Shown one piece after another: positions 1 to 10,870 of a DNA stretch of 64,000 bases. The position numbers were made by a program, and so were the translations under genes. The DNA comes from Carcharhinus longimanus. Taxonomy: Eukaryota. Under the pieces are notes generated by a model that ran no database searches, was not told the origin of the DNA, and saw only the letters and a list, made by a program, of their open reading frames with translations. The stretch's first letter is position 1. The number at the start of each line of letters is the position of its first letter. Location: positions 14,546,844 to 14,610,843 of the forward strand of contig JASCQW010000133.1 in NCBI GenBank assembly GCA_030264375.1, read 5' to 3'.

Positions 1-599
1 GCAGTGCCAACCACTGTGCCAGCCTTTACCTTCTCTCCTATCCACCCTAAACAACAGGTTTCACAAATAACACTTGCCTTTCCGGTGGGACGTTGTCAGC
101 ATTGCTGCTGTGCCTTCTCTGCATCTTCTTCCAGTCCCTCTTAAATTGGAAAAAAAAATCTAAATGCAATGAAAAGTTGTTTTACTGACATAAACATGAA
201 AAGGGCAAGATGAGAAAAAAAGCAGCATTTATCTTGAGCAGTTTTTTTAAAAAAAATTACATATCACAAATGGCACAATGTTGAATCAATTGTGTGCTAT
301 TTTGAGACACCCTCTTCATATCTAAATGATTCAAAGTAGCTCTCCTGCTGTGCTTGTGTGGGTCTCAGGCCCAGCTCATAGCATCATCTACAGACAATAG
401 TAAGCTGGCTGCAACTGCAATTTGAAAGCAGGGGCGAAAACACTCGGTTTAATTCTGGATGGGTTGAGTAGATGGAGCAATGAGTTTGAGCCTCTCACCC
501 CCAATCATTCTCTCCAGCCACATTCACCATGACTGACAGCAACTCCTTTGTTTTGACTCCTGTGACCTTTGACATCCGGGACGCAACACGCACGACGCA

Positions 600-1153
600 C
601 GCCTCCCGTCTAATTGACAGTGGAAGTGAACAATCACCGTGGAGAATCAAGCCTGATTGACAGCTGCACCAACCAATCATCGTGGACCATCGAAGCTGAT
701 TGATGACGATTTGGACCAATCAATGAGAACAGGAGGGATTGACAACGGTGTTGACCAATCAATGTGGAGAGTGGAAGCTGATTGACGGCAATTCTGACCA
801 ATCGTCATGGAGAAGCGAAGCTGATTGACGCCGGTGCCGACCAATCAACGTGGCGAGTAGAGGATGATTGACGGCGATTCCGAACAATCAACGTGGCAAG
901 TTGAGGCAGAGCGACGGTGACATTGACCAAACAGAAAGAGGCCCCGGTCAATTCGTTGGGTCTGGGCCAATCACACATGGCACAGGGGTGGGACGCCTCT
1001 TCTCCCGCCCCCTCACACTTCGCTCTTGTTTTCGGCTCGGTGGATGGGGGCGGTAGTGGTCGGGAATGGCCGGTTTGAGGCGCTGAGCCTCAATAGGGGC
1101 TTCCTGTTTACTGCGATGTGTTGGGGCTGGTAGCGCGGATCCGTGTGGAGCCG
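600..1153. promoter_or_regulatory. CpG-rich promoter and 5' UTR of SPRING1 with a phased array of TGATTGAC/CCAAT composite motifs, GC boxes and an ETS-like CTTCCTG
   Basis: High CpG density immediately upstream of the ATG at 1154. CCAAT at 673, 716, 755, 798, 841 and 967. TGATTGA(C) at 654, 697, 779, 822 and 865. GC boxes at about 1004 (CCCGCCCC) and 1046 (GGGGGCGG). No TATA box seen. Confidence 0.8.
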
Positions 1154-1264
1154 ATGGTGCAGTGTTTATCTATGGTGTGGCGCAAGGTGCTGAGGAAGCG
1201 CTGGGTCCTCGGCGTGGTGTTCGGCCTCTCACTCATCTACTTCCTAAGCAGCACCTTGAGACAG
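1154..1264 (+). CDS. SPRING1: SPRING1 (C12orf49) coding exon 1: N-terminal basic region and transmembrane anchor
   Basis: Translates [37 protein letters not shown], matching the human N-terminus [37 protein letters not shown]. Donor CAG|GTCAGT at 1265, phase 0. Confidence 0.96.
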
Positions 1265-1785
1265 GTCAGTGTCCAGCATCATAGGGAGAGAGGTCAGTGT
1301 CCAACACCGTGAGGGGGAGAGAGAGGTCAGTGTCCATCACCGTGAGGGGGAGAGAGAGGTCAGTGTCCATCACCGTGAGGGGGAGAGAGAGGTCAGTGTC
1401 CATCACCGTGAGAGGGAGAGAGAGGTCAGTGTCCATCACCGTGAGAGGGAGAGAGAGGTCAGTGTCCAGCACCGTGAGGGAGAGAGAGGTCAGTGTCCAG
1501 CAGCGTGAGGGGGAGGGGTCAGTGTCCAGCAGCATGAGGGGGAGGGGTCAGTGTCCAGCACCACGAGGGAGGGAGAGGGGTCAATGTCCAGCACACCCAG
1601 AGAAAGAGAGAGGTCAGTGTCTAGCGCACCCAGAGAGAGAGGGAGATGGTCAGCGTTAAGCGCACACAGAGAGGGAGAGGGTCAGTGTCCAGCACACTCA
1701 GAAAGAGAGAGAGGTCATTGTATGGCACACCCAGAGAGAGAGGGCAGTGCCCGGCAGAGCCTGCAAGAGAGAGGTCGGAGTCCAT
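1265..1785 (+). repeat. Minisatellite with a 28-36 bp (mostly 33 bp) unit, GAGAG-GTCAGTGTCCA(T/G)CACCGTGAGGGGGA, about 15-16 copies, degenerating 3'
   Basis: GTCAGTGTC starts at 1265, 1293, 1326, 1359, 1392, 1425, 1458, 1489, 1518, 1547, 1613 and 1681, with variants at 1580, 1649 and 1714. Confidence 0.95.
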
Positions 1786-1789
1786 TAGA

Positions 1790-1960
1790 AAACATGTTGG
1801 AAGCAGTTTTAATAGTAATTTTCAAAAGGGAATTGGATAAATATTTGAAGGTGAAAATTTGCAAAGCTACAGAAAAGATCAGAAGAAGTAGGAGGAATTG
1901 GATAGATTTTGCACAGGCACTCTGATCTGAATGGCTGCCTTCTGTTCTATGATTCTACCA
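1790..1960 (+). mobile_element. CR1/HER1 LINE 3' end fragment
   Basis: Reads ...IFKRELDKYLK..., the CR1 RT C-terminal motif, followed by the tail GAATGGCTGCCTTCTGTTCTATGATTCTA. Confidence 0.7.
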
Positions 1961-2304
1961 TGTGTTCCTTGAGTGAGTGTTAATTCTGATGGTTGCTGCC
2001 CCTTAGACCGTACGTAAGCAAAAGTAAGGTCCTTATCCAAGGAATCTGTAGCCTTCTTGAAACTGGGTATTTTTAAAAAGAATTTACTCTATTCTTAAAG
2101 TTACAAAGCCAATGCTCAGAGTGGACCAGGCGGACCCAAATCCATTCCTTGCTTGCTCCAAATAACTAAATTCTCATTCCAACTGAGAGCAACAGACACG
2201 ATCCAAGCTGACAGGAAACAGCATTGCACCTCCATCTTGGGCTTGATCTGACACCTAAAAGATCTTCATTTTAACGTCTAAAATCCTTTGCCCTGAAACC
2301 TGTT

Positions 2305-2834
2305 TGATTTGATTTGATTTATTTTTGTCATATGTATTAGTATACAGTGAAAAGTAATGTTTCTTGCACTCTATACGTACAAATCATACTATACATGGAG
2401 AAGAAGAGGGTGCAGAATGTAGTGTAGAGAAAGATCGACTTAATGTGAGGTAGGTCCATTCAAAAGGCTGATGGCAGCAGGGAAGAAGCTGTTCTTGAGT
2501 CGGTTGGCATGTGACCTCAGACTTTTGTATCTTTTTCTGCTGAAATAAGGTGGAAGAGAGAACGTTCGGGCACTTGGAGTCCTTTGTTACGCTGGCTGCT
2601 TTGCCGAAGCAGCAAGAAGTAGACAGTATCAGTGGACTGGAGGCTGGTTTGCGTAATCAATTGGGCTACATTCACAAATTTTTGTAGTTTCTTGCAATCT
2701 TGGGCAGAGCAGGAGCCATACAACCAGAAAGAATGCTTTCTATGGTGCATCTGTAAATGTTGGTGAGAGTCATAGCTGACATGCCAAATTTCCTTCGTCT
2801 TCTGAGAAAGTAGAGGTGTTGGTGGGCTTTCTTA
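2305..2834 (-). mobile_element. Rex1/Babar-like LINE 3' fragment running into a gap
   Basis: Minus-strand KKAHQHLYFLRRRRKFGMSAMTLTNIYRCTIESILSGC and a (TCAAA)n tail at about 2305-2320. Same family as 50945-51815. Confidence 0.8.
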
Positions 2835-3727
2835 ANNNNNNNNNNNNNNNNNNNNNNNNNNNNNNNNNNNNNNNNNNNNNNNNNNNNNNNNNNNNNNNNN
2901 NNNNNNNNNNNNNNNNNNNNNNNNNNNNNNNNNNNNNNNNNNNNNNNNNNNNNNNNNNNNNNNNNNNNNNNNNNNNNNNNNNNNNNNNNNNNNNNNNNNN
3001 NNNNNNNNNNNNNNNNNNNNNNNNNNNNNNNNNNNNNNNNNNNNNNNNNNNNNNNNNNNNNNNNNNNNNNNNNNNNNNNNNNNNNNNNNNNNNNNNNNNN
3101 NNNNNNNNNNNNNNNNNNNNNNNNNNNNNNNNNNNNNNNNNNNNNNNNNNNNNNNNNNNNNNNNNNNNNNNNNNNNNNNNNCTGAGATAGATCAGTGTCC
3201 TCCACAAGATGCTGTCTCTGTTTCTTTAGATAGGTCAGTAGCTTGGCTCCAAGACTCACCTGTGCATTTAAACCCCAAGGTGAATCAGTGCCCATGCCCC
3301 CCACCAGGATCGCCAGTCATACTTTGATAAAGGGAACATAGATAAGAGGCTGTAAGGTTGGCTTCTACTGATGGAGCACGACTAGTTATTGGGATCAGTG
3401 TCTGCTCTTGGCTGGTTATTGCAACAGTAACTTGTATACATCGATGATTTCACTCAAAAATGAACACAGCTCTTCTCATGTTGATTAATAGTTGTGGGAA
3501 TAGAAGCAAAAAGTGTACAGCCTCTAAGGTTGCAGAAGACACAGAGGGCAGCTGAACATTTTGAATGGAGGCATAAGACATGAACTAAAACTCCCCTGTT
3601 GGAGGCAGAAGAGAGTTACTAACTGATGCTGCTGTGTTAAAGTCTGTGCATTTCAGAGAATGGATAGAAATACCAAAGTGAATACAACATCAAATGGGTC
3701 TCCCCATTAGCCCCCCCATTGGTTCAG

Positions 3728-4062
3728 TTGGTGGCAAAGTGGTTAGCACTGCTGCCTCACAGTGCCAGGAACCTGGGTTCGATTTCTGGCTTGGGTCACT
3801 GTCTGTGGAGTTTGCATGTTCTCCTTGTGTCTGCGTGACATTCCTCTGGATGCTCTGGTTTCCTCCCACAATCCAAAGATGTGCGGGTTAAGTGCATTGG
3901 CCGTGCTAAATTGCCCCTTACTGTCCCGGGATGTGTAAGTTAGAGGGATTAGCAGGGTAAATATGCGTGGTTACAGGGATAGAACCTAGGTGGAATTGTT
4001 GTTGGGGCAGACTCGATGGACCGAATGGCTGCCTCCTGCACTGTAGGGTTTCTATGATTCTG
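3728..4062 (+). mobile_element. HE1-type tRNA-derived SINE
   Basis: A box GTGGTTAGCACTGCTGCCTCACAG, B box GGTTCGATTTC, core GGAGTTTGCATGTTCTCC, CR1-like tail ending TTCTATGATTC. Confidence 0.88.
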
Positions 4063-4504
4063 TGGTTGTATCCTTGCATTGGAAAGTTGGGTTTCAAGTT
4101 CTACTGCAGAATGTGAGTCACTACCTAATCTGGCAATTCAGAACAATACTACACTATTGGATGAGCTTTTTAAGTGATCCATTGGGGTGAGTGCTTATTA
4201 GAGATCTCAAAGTAACACATGATATAATCTGATCGATACAGAGCTACCAAAAAAGGACAGTGGGAGTCGGCCAAGTTTCAGAAGTTTGTTTTGAATTGTC
4301 AACACAGAAACTGTCTGAGCAGAGCTAAATCCATTTGTGGCATTGAAAGAAGGAAGTTGTATATGAATTTGTAAATTTATGCCAGAGAGCACGATACCTA
4401 CATGAGCGAAAGTGTTTGAAAGTATATTATGTGATACTAATAGTACTTGTGAACACCACAAGAGGCAACCAAGAAAACTTTGCAATGGTTTGGAAAAGCT
4501 GTAG

Positions 4505-4680
4505 AACAAAGAAAAGTACAGCACAGGAACAGGCCCTTCAGCCCTCCAAGCCTGTGTGGAACATGACGCCCTAACTAAACTGAAAAAAACCTTCTGCCCT
4601 TACTCGGTCCATATCCATCTATTCCATCCTTATTCATGTAGCCATGCGGATGTCTCTTAAAGGTTGCGAATAACATGCCA
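4505..4680 (-). mobile_element. CR1 LINE 3' tail fragment
   Basis: Reverse complement of the tail GGGCTGAAGGGCCTGTTCCTGTGCTGTAC with (TTCTTTG)n. Confidence 0.65.
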
Positions 4681-5979
4681 TCCCTAGGAGGAAGCAGCAG
4701 TCATTTTGCATGCTATTAGTGCCACATATGAATGTAGGAATTTTTAGGAATCCAAATACTTGCCAACATAAATCTACCTAATAAGACCACAAAAGCAGGA
4801 TTATAAATAAAGTTTAGATGATAGATAGAGTATAAATTATAGATAAAGTATAGATTATCAATAACCTTTGCATGCTTTAGGATGTTATTTCCTTAAAGTA
4901 TTGCACACAACAACTTACATTTAAATAGTACCTTTAACGCAGTAAACCACAACAAGGCACTTCACTAGCTTATTCAGAGAATACTTTGTTCTCTTCTCGA
5001 TAGTTCCTTTTCCATTTCTGTAACTAGTCTAAATATTCTGATGTTTTTGTCACAATTTCGACACTGCTCTTTACTGTAACTTTCTGCATTTGACCCACTT
5101 CATTCCCGGGACTCGATCCAGCAATTGTTCCTTTCATTTTGGGCAAGGAACATAGCTACCAAGCAAGTTCTCCTGAGCATATTTCAAAGCTTTATGCATC
5201 TCTCTGCTTTCAACACAATTACTGCTCTGTTGGAAATGGTTTAAGAAGTCTCACAAAACTAGGTNNNNNNNNNNNNNNNNNNNNNNNNNNNNNNNNNNNN
5301 NNNNNNNNNNNNNNNNNNNNNNNNNNNNNNNNNNNNNNNNNNNNNNNNNNNNNNNNNNNNNNNNNNNNNNNNNNNNNNNNNNNNNNNNNNNNNNNNNNNN
5401 NNNNNNNNNNNNNNNNNNNNNNNNNNNNNNNNNNNNNNNNNNNNNNNNNNNNNNNNNNNNNNNNNNNNNNNNNNNNNNNNNNNNNNNNNNNNNNNNNNNN
5501 NNNNNNNNNNNNNNNNNNNNNNNNNNNNNNNNNNNNNNNNNNNNNNNNNNNNNNNNNNNNNNNNNNNNNNNNNNNNNNNNNNNNNNNNNNNNNNNNNNNN
5601 NNNNNNNNNNNNNNNNNNNNNNNNNNNNNNNNNNNNNNNNNNNNNNNNNNNNNNNNNNNNNNNNNNNNNNNNNNNNNNNNNNNNNNNNNNNNNNNNNNNN
5701 NNNNNNNNNNNNNNNNNNNNNNNNNNNNNNNNNNNNNNNNNNNNNNNNNNNNNNNNNNNNNNNNNNNNNNNNNNNNNNNNNNNNNNNNNNNNNNNNNNNN
5801 NNNNNNNNNNNNNNNNNNNNNNNNNNNNNNNNNNNNNNNNNNNNNNNNNNNNNNNNNNNNNNNNNNNNNNNNNNNNNNNNNNNNNNNNNNNNNNNNNNNN
5901 NNNNNNNNNNNNNNNNNNNNNNNNNNNNNNNNNNNNNNNNNNNNNNNNNNNNNNNNNNNNNNNNNNNNNNNNNNNNNNN

Positions 5980-8345
5980 GAATTTGGGGGGGGGCAGCTG
6001 AACTTTGATATGATTCTCCACAGGCCTTGTTGGCTGACAGTTTCGAAGGCTTTCAACAAAGGTTGTGTAGAGCTTGCGATTCTGCTCCTGACACTTCTCC
6101 TGAAGTTGGTGCGCAGCAAAAATTCATGTCAATAGTCCCGTAAGCTGTCCGGAAGCCACACTGTGATTATGGAAGCAGGCCCAGCTCCAGATGGGTGACC
6201 AGACAATTTAGCAGGACTCTTGCAAGGGTCTTTCCTGTGATGGAGAGCAGTGAGATTCTTCGGTGGTTGTCGCATACTTGCCGATTGCCTTTCCTCTTGT
6301 AGAGTTGTATGATGGATGCATCTTTACGTTCCTGAGGAATGGATCCTTGCTTCCAAAGGACTGGAACAACTCGGTGAGCTTCTCGATAAGTACAGGACCA
6401 GCAGCTTTGTAAATCTATGCAGTTATGGCATCTGCCCCTGGGGCTTTGCCACTAGATAGCTGGCTGACAGCTTTCGTGACTTTGGCTACTACCGGTGGGT
6501 TATCCATGGCGCTGTTGATATCAACCTGGGGAAGCCTGTCTATTGCCTCATCGTTAATAGATGACGGTCAGTTGAGGATGGCTTCAAAGTGTTCAGCCCA
6601 TCTCTGCAGGATCTGAGCCCTCTCTGTAATGAGAATTGTATCATCTGTCCTTAGGAGGGGGGATCTCCCGAGAGATTGAGGTCAGTAGAGAGTGTTTCAG
6701 GTCGTTTCTGTCAATGTATCCCTGTATTTCATCTGCCTTGGCGCTCAGCCAGGCATCCTGCATTTTACGCAATTTATTCTGGACTGTCCTGCGATCACTG
6801 GTAAAAGTGTTTTTCTTGGCAGCTGATGATGGGTGCTTTTCAACAAGTAGAGCCTGCAACTCCTCATCATTCTCATAGAACCAGTCATGCTGCTTGTGGG
6901 TAGAGGGCGTGAGCATCTTCAGTGCAGATGAATGGACAGCATCCCTGAAGTGTTCCCAGTCATCCTCTGCACTGCCTGCGAAGTGTAGGTCAGCAAGCTT
7001 GATTTTTAAATCTTCAGCCAGCGCTGAAGCTATGCTGGAGTTCTTTAGCTTGGCCACATTGATTCTTTTCATATACTTGCTTCCTTGTGGTCGCTTCTTG
7101 GGTCTGACACGGAGCCTCATTTTGGAGACAATGAGCCTGTGATCTGTCCAGCGGTCAGCACCACACATGGCCTTGGTCACTCTGACATCCTGCCTGTCTT
7201 TTCTCCTGACAATGACATAGTTGATGAGATGCCAATGCTTAGAGCAGGGGTACACCCAGGAGGTCTTGTTACGGGTAGGCAGACGGAAAGTTTGTGTTGG
7301 TGATGAGGAGGTCGTGTGTTGCACAGGTCTTCATTAAGAGTAGGGAGTTACTGTTACACTTGCTTACTCCATTGCCTCCCAATGACTCCCTGCCAGATTG
7401 CCTAGAGTCACACCCTACTCTCGCATTGAAATCGCCAAGCAGCATCAGTTTGTCGGTACTGCTTACTACTAATAGTAGGGCGTCAAGTTCTTCGCAGAAC
7501 CTGTCTTCCGTCTTGTCCGGGTTGTTCATTGTGGGGTCATAGGCGCTGATCAGCATAGCTTGACTTCTGTTTTGTAGAGGAAGCTGTAATGCCATAAGCC
7601 GGTCATTCACACCCTTGGATAGACTAGCAACTTTCCAAACAAGGTGACTCCTGATAGCGAATCTAACTCCAGCATCACAACGCTCATTACTACAGCGACC
7701 GCTGCAGAAATATGTGTACCCACCTCCAGTTTCAGTCAGCTGACCAACGTTGGCAAGACGAGTTTCACTCGTATCTTGCAAGCTCTCTGGCGACTAAGGC
7801 TGTTCTCTCTGGTCTGTCTGCTGTAGAGTTGTCCAAAAGTGTGTGCACGTTCCAAGTGCCAATGGTGAGCGGTGTTACCTTGTGTTTTATTTTGTTTGTT
7901 TGACCGCAAGATGGGACCCCCGCCAGCCGCATTAAACTGACCAGGGTGTAGTGAAGCAGACAATGTTTAGCACCTTTTCTAGCCCCTTCCTCATTCAACG
8001 GAGGTGAGCAGTGCGTTCCTGAAGAGGACTGCTCAGTTGCCCAGGTAGATGCCGAGTTCCACTGCTGCTTCGGTCAGCGGAAAACAACCATTCGACCTGA
8101 ACCGCCTGCGTGCAGGTCTGTGACTACAGCTCCCAGTGTATCCACACCTGCTGCTTCGTCGCTCGCCCAGGACACTGATGATGAAGATGGTGTTGAAACT
8201 AGCACTTGATTTGGATTAAAGTGAGGGAGAGTTGCACAGCATCAGCCTCACTCTCTCTTCCCAATTCCTATCTAGATCCAGTGGCAAGACAAGAGTCAAG
8301 ACGGCTGGAGGTGGGTCTAGCGCAGTGGATGACCTTCTGTGTCTT
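5980..8345 (-). mobile_element. RTE-clade (BovB-like) LINE, frameshifted, with 5' UTR, AP endonuclease and start of RT; its 3' part is probably hidden in the gap 5265-5979
   Basis: Minus-strand peptides KVTPLTIGTWNVHTLLD..RPERTALVARELARY, ETRLANVGQLTETGGGYTYFCSG, LLGDFNARVG, KTSWVYPCSKHWHLINYVIVRRKDRQDVRVTKAM..WTDHRLIVSK and KAFETVSQQGLWRIISKFSCP are typical RTE motifs. Confidence 0.9.
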
Positions 8346-8659
8346 GTCTTGCTCTTCGCTGCTTTTGGAACAAGCTGCCAGAGGTAGTAATAAAGGCGGG
8401 TACAATTTATCTTTTAAAAAGCATTTGGATAGTTACATTGGTACAATGGGTATAGAAGGCCAAATGCAAGCAAGTTCCTTCAGGTCGCTCCTTTTTCCTC
8501 ATCGCCACTGTAATAACTCCATGGAAGTGACAGTCCCGTTACCAAGTTACTTTGTTTACACCATACATCTGTACACAGTCAGCTCTCCATTTGCTCCTTG
8601 CTGAATGCAGGCTGGGAGTCTGATACACCTGATTTTAACTATCAATTAAGATTCATCAG

Positions 8660-8968
8660 GTACTTTTTGGGTACCAACCAGATAAAATCAAATTAACTCA
8701 GGGACAACTCAAAAAGGCAGCTCCCCAAAAGGAGGGGGGAACCACCCGAAATAATAGACAAAGCAGAAAGGAAACTTAAAACATCAAATCAAATGTGGTT
8801 ATCAGGATCAATAATACACCCCAGTCCTTGCAGTGCCCAGTGGGCACAGAAGGCGGCAACTGTGTCCCTGGACACCACATGCTCCCTTTCTAGGGACACT
8901 TGGTGCGAATGCTGCTGCAGTAGAGGGGCAGTCGGGGTGGATGACCCCCTTGATCACCCACTGCCTAG
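8660..8968 (-). mobile_element. Tx1-clade (L1-like) LINE 3' end fragment
   Basis: Minus-strand VSLEREHVVSRDTVAAFCAHWALQGLGCIIDPDNHI* resembles Tx1 ORF2 C-termini and is followed by a T-rich 3' UTR. Confidence 0.6.
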
Positions 8969-9274
8969 ACAAAGAACAAAGAACAAAATCAGCCTGGGAA
9001 ACAGGCCCTTCAGCCCAACAAGCCCGCGCTGCCATCTCAACACCACCAGTCCACCTCTCTACTCATGACCCCTATCTAATGTTTTATGGCCATCCAAATT
9101 GAGGGAAACTGATTTAGGGACAATTTATTCCTGCCAATCAGCCTAACAGCACATCTTTGGGGTGTGGGAGGAAANNNNNNNNNNNNNNNNNNNNNNNNNN
9201 NNNNNNNNNNNNNNNNNNNNNNNNNNNNNNNNNNNNNNNNNNNNNNNNNNNNNNNNNNNNNNNNNNNNNNNNNN

Positions 9275-9690
9275 CACAGGACTTCAAAGGTTGAACAAGA
9301 AGATGATAATGATGATGCTGATGATGGTGTTGAAACTAGCGCTTGATTTGGATTAAAGAGTTGTGCAGCGCCAGCCTCACTCTCTCTTTCCAATTCCCAT
9401 CTGGGTCCAGTGGCAAGACAAAAGTTAAGATGGCTAGAGATGGGACTAGACGCAGTGGATGACCAGGACGTCTTCTGTATCTTGTCCCGCTCTTCGTGTT
9501 CCACGATACTTGCAGAGATCGCCTTCTTGACCGTTGGACCTTCCATTGGTCTTGTCCGCTCTGTCTGCCAGAGTCTGTCTTCATATGCTGGGATAGATAT
9601 CTCCCTATCTCACTAAAGGTTGAGACCTGTCGGCTACCCTCACTTGATTTAGCTGGCTTGTCGAACCACCACTCTGTCTTCGTGAAAAGC
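9275..9690 (-). mobile_element. Second copy of the RTE 5'-UTR region
   Basis: 9310-9470 is a diverged direct copy of 8175-8335 (GATGGTGTTGAAACTAGC-CTTGATTTGGATTAAAG...CAGCCTCACTCTCTCTTCCAATTCC...GCAGTGGATGACC). Confidence 0.7.
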
Positions 9691-9699
9691 ATTCCCTGA

Positions 9700-10870
9700 A
9701 CATCTCCCTTAACCTTTCCCCCACTTGTAATTGACACGTCCACCCTTGGAAAAAGCCTCTCACTATCTGCCCTGACTATGTCTCTTACAATTTTGTAGAT
9801 CTCTTATCAGGTCTCCTGTCAGCCTCCATCTTTCAGTGAAAACAATCCTAGTTTATTTGACATCTCCTTATAGCCAACACCATCGAGACCAGGCAACATC
9901 CTGGTGAATCTTCTTTGCACTCTCTCCAAAACTTCCTCATCCTTGTGGTCGTGTGGCGACCAGAACTGCACGCAATACTCCAAATACGGCCTAAGGTTTT
10001 TACAGCTGCAAAATGATTTCCCATGATTCTCGTACCCGATGCCTTGGCTGATGAAGGCAAGCGTACCATATACCTTCTTAATTATCTTGGCCACCTGTGT
10101 TGCCACTTTTAGGGAATTGTAGACCTGCCCAGATCCCTCTGGATGTTATTGTTCCAAAGGGTTCTGCTGTTTACAGTATAATTTATACCCAGGCTTAAAC
10201 CTCCAAAATGCATCACCTCGCGTTTGGCTGGATTAAACTCCCATCTGCCATTTCTATGCCCAAATCACCAACATATTTATTCCTATTGTATCCTCTAACA
10301 ACCCCAGGCACTATCAGCAACTCCACCAATCTTCGTGTCATCCGCAAATTTACTGATAAGACCACCCACATTTTCCTCCAGATCACTTATTTATACTACA
10401 AACAATCAAGGTCCCAGTACTGATCCCTACAAAACACCACTAGCTACAGATCTCCATTCTGAAAAACACCCTTCCACTGCAACTCTGTCTTCTAAAACCA
10501 AGTCAGTTCTGTATCCTTTTAGCTAGTCCACCCGAGTCCCATGTTATTTTAAATTTTGTACCAGTTTGCCAAATGGGACCTTGTCAAACGCGTTACTAAT
10601 GTCCATATAAACCACATCCACAGCCCTTCCCTCATCAATTATCTTTGTCATCTCTTCAAAAAATTCAAATCAAATTGGTGAGACATGACCTTCCCCATTT
10701 AAAAAAATTATACTGCTTATCACTATCTAGTCCAGTTTCTTCCAAGTGTGCATATATCCTGCTCCTCAGTATCTTCTCCAAAAGCTTTCCAACTGCTGAC
10801 ATCAGGCTTACCAGCCTATAATTTCCTGGATTATCCCTGCTTTTTTTAAACAAGGGAACCACGTCCAGCT
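9700..10870 (-). mobile_element. CR1 LINE RT fragment
   Basis: VVPLFKKSRDNPGNYRLVSLMSAVGKLLEKIL and RPYLEYCVQFWSPH..EVLERVQRRFTRMLPGL are CR1 RT motifs. Confidence 0.9.

Noticed and set aside
631-900. ER-stress elements suggested by CCAAT with nearby CGTGG (CCACG on the minus strand)
   Set aside because: The geometry CCAAT-N3/4-CGTGG matches neither ERSE (CCAAT-N9-CCACG) nor ERSE-II (ATTGG-N-CCACG).
611-930. CRISPR-like appearance of regularly spaced motifs with variable spacers
   Set aside because: This is eukaryotic promoter context, the conserved parts are short transcription-factor motifs, the linkers are mutually related, and no cas genes are present.
1266-1925. Several overlapping 64-124 aa ORFs with repeated peptides ([22 protein letters not shown])
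   Set aside because: They are a by-product of the 33-bp intronic minisatellite. The true exon-1 frame stops at 1310-1312.
3728-3800. tRNA genes at the A/B-box motifs throughout the window
   Set aside because: All continue into SINE core and tail sequence, so they are SINE heads rather than tRNAs.
2672-6119. Long ORFs of 124-308 aa in the ORF track (also 30402-31395)
   Set aside because: They consist mostly of X residues from assembly gaps and are not genes.
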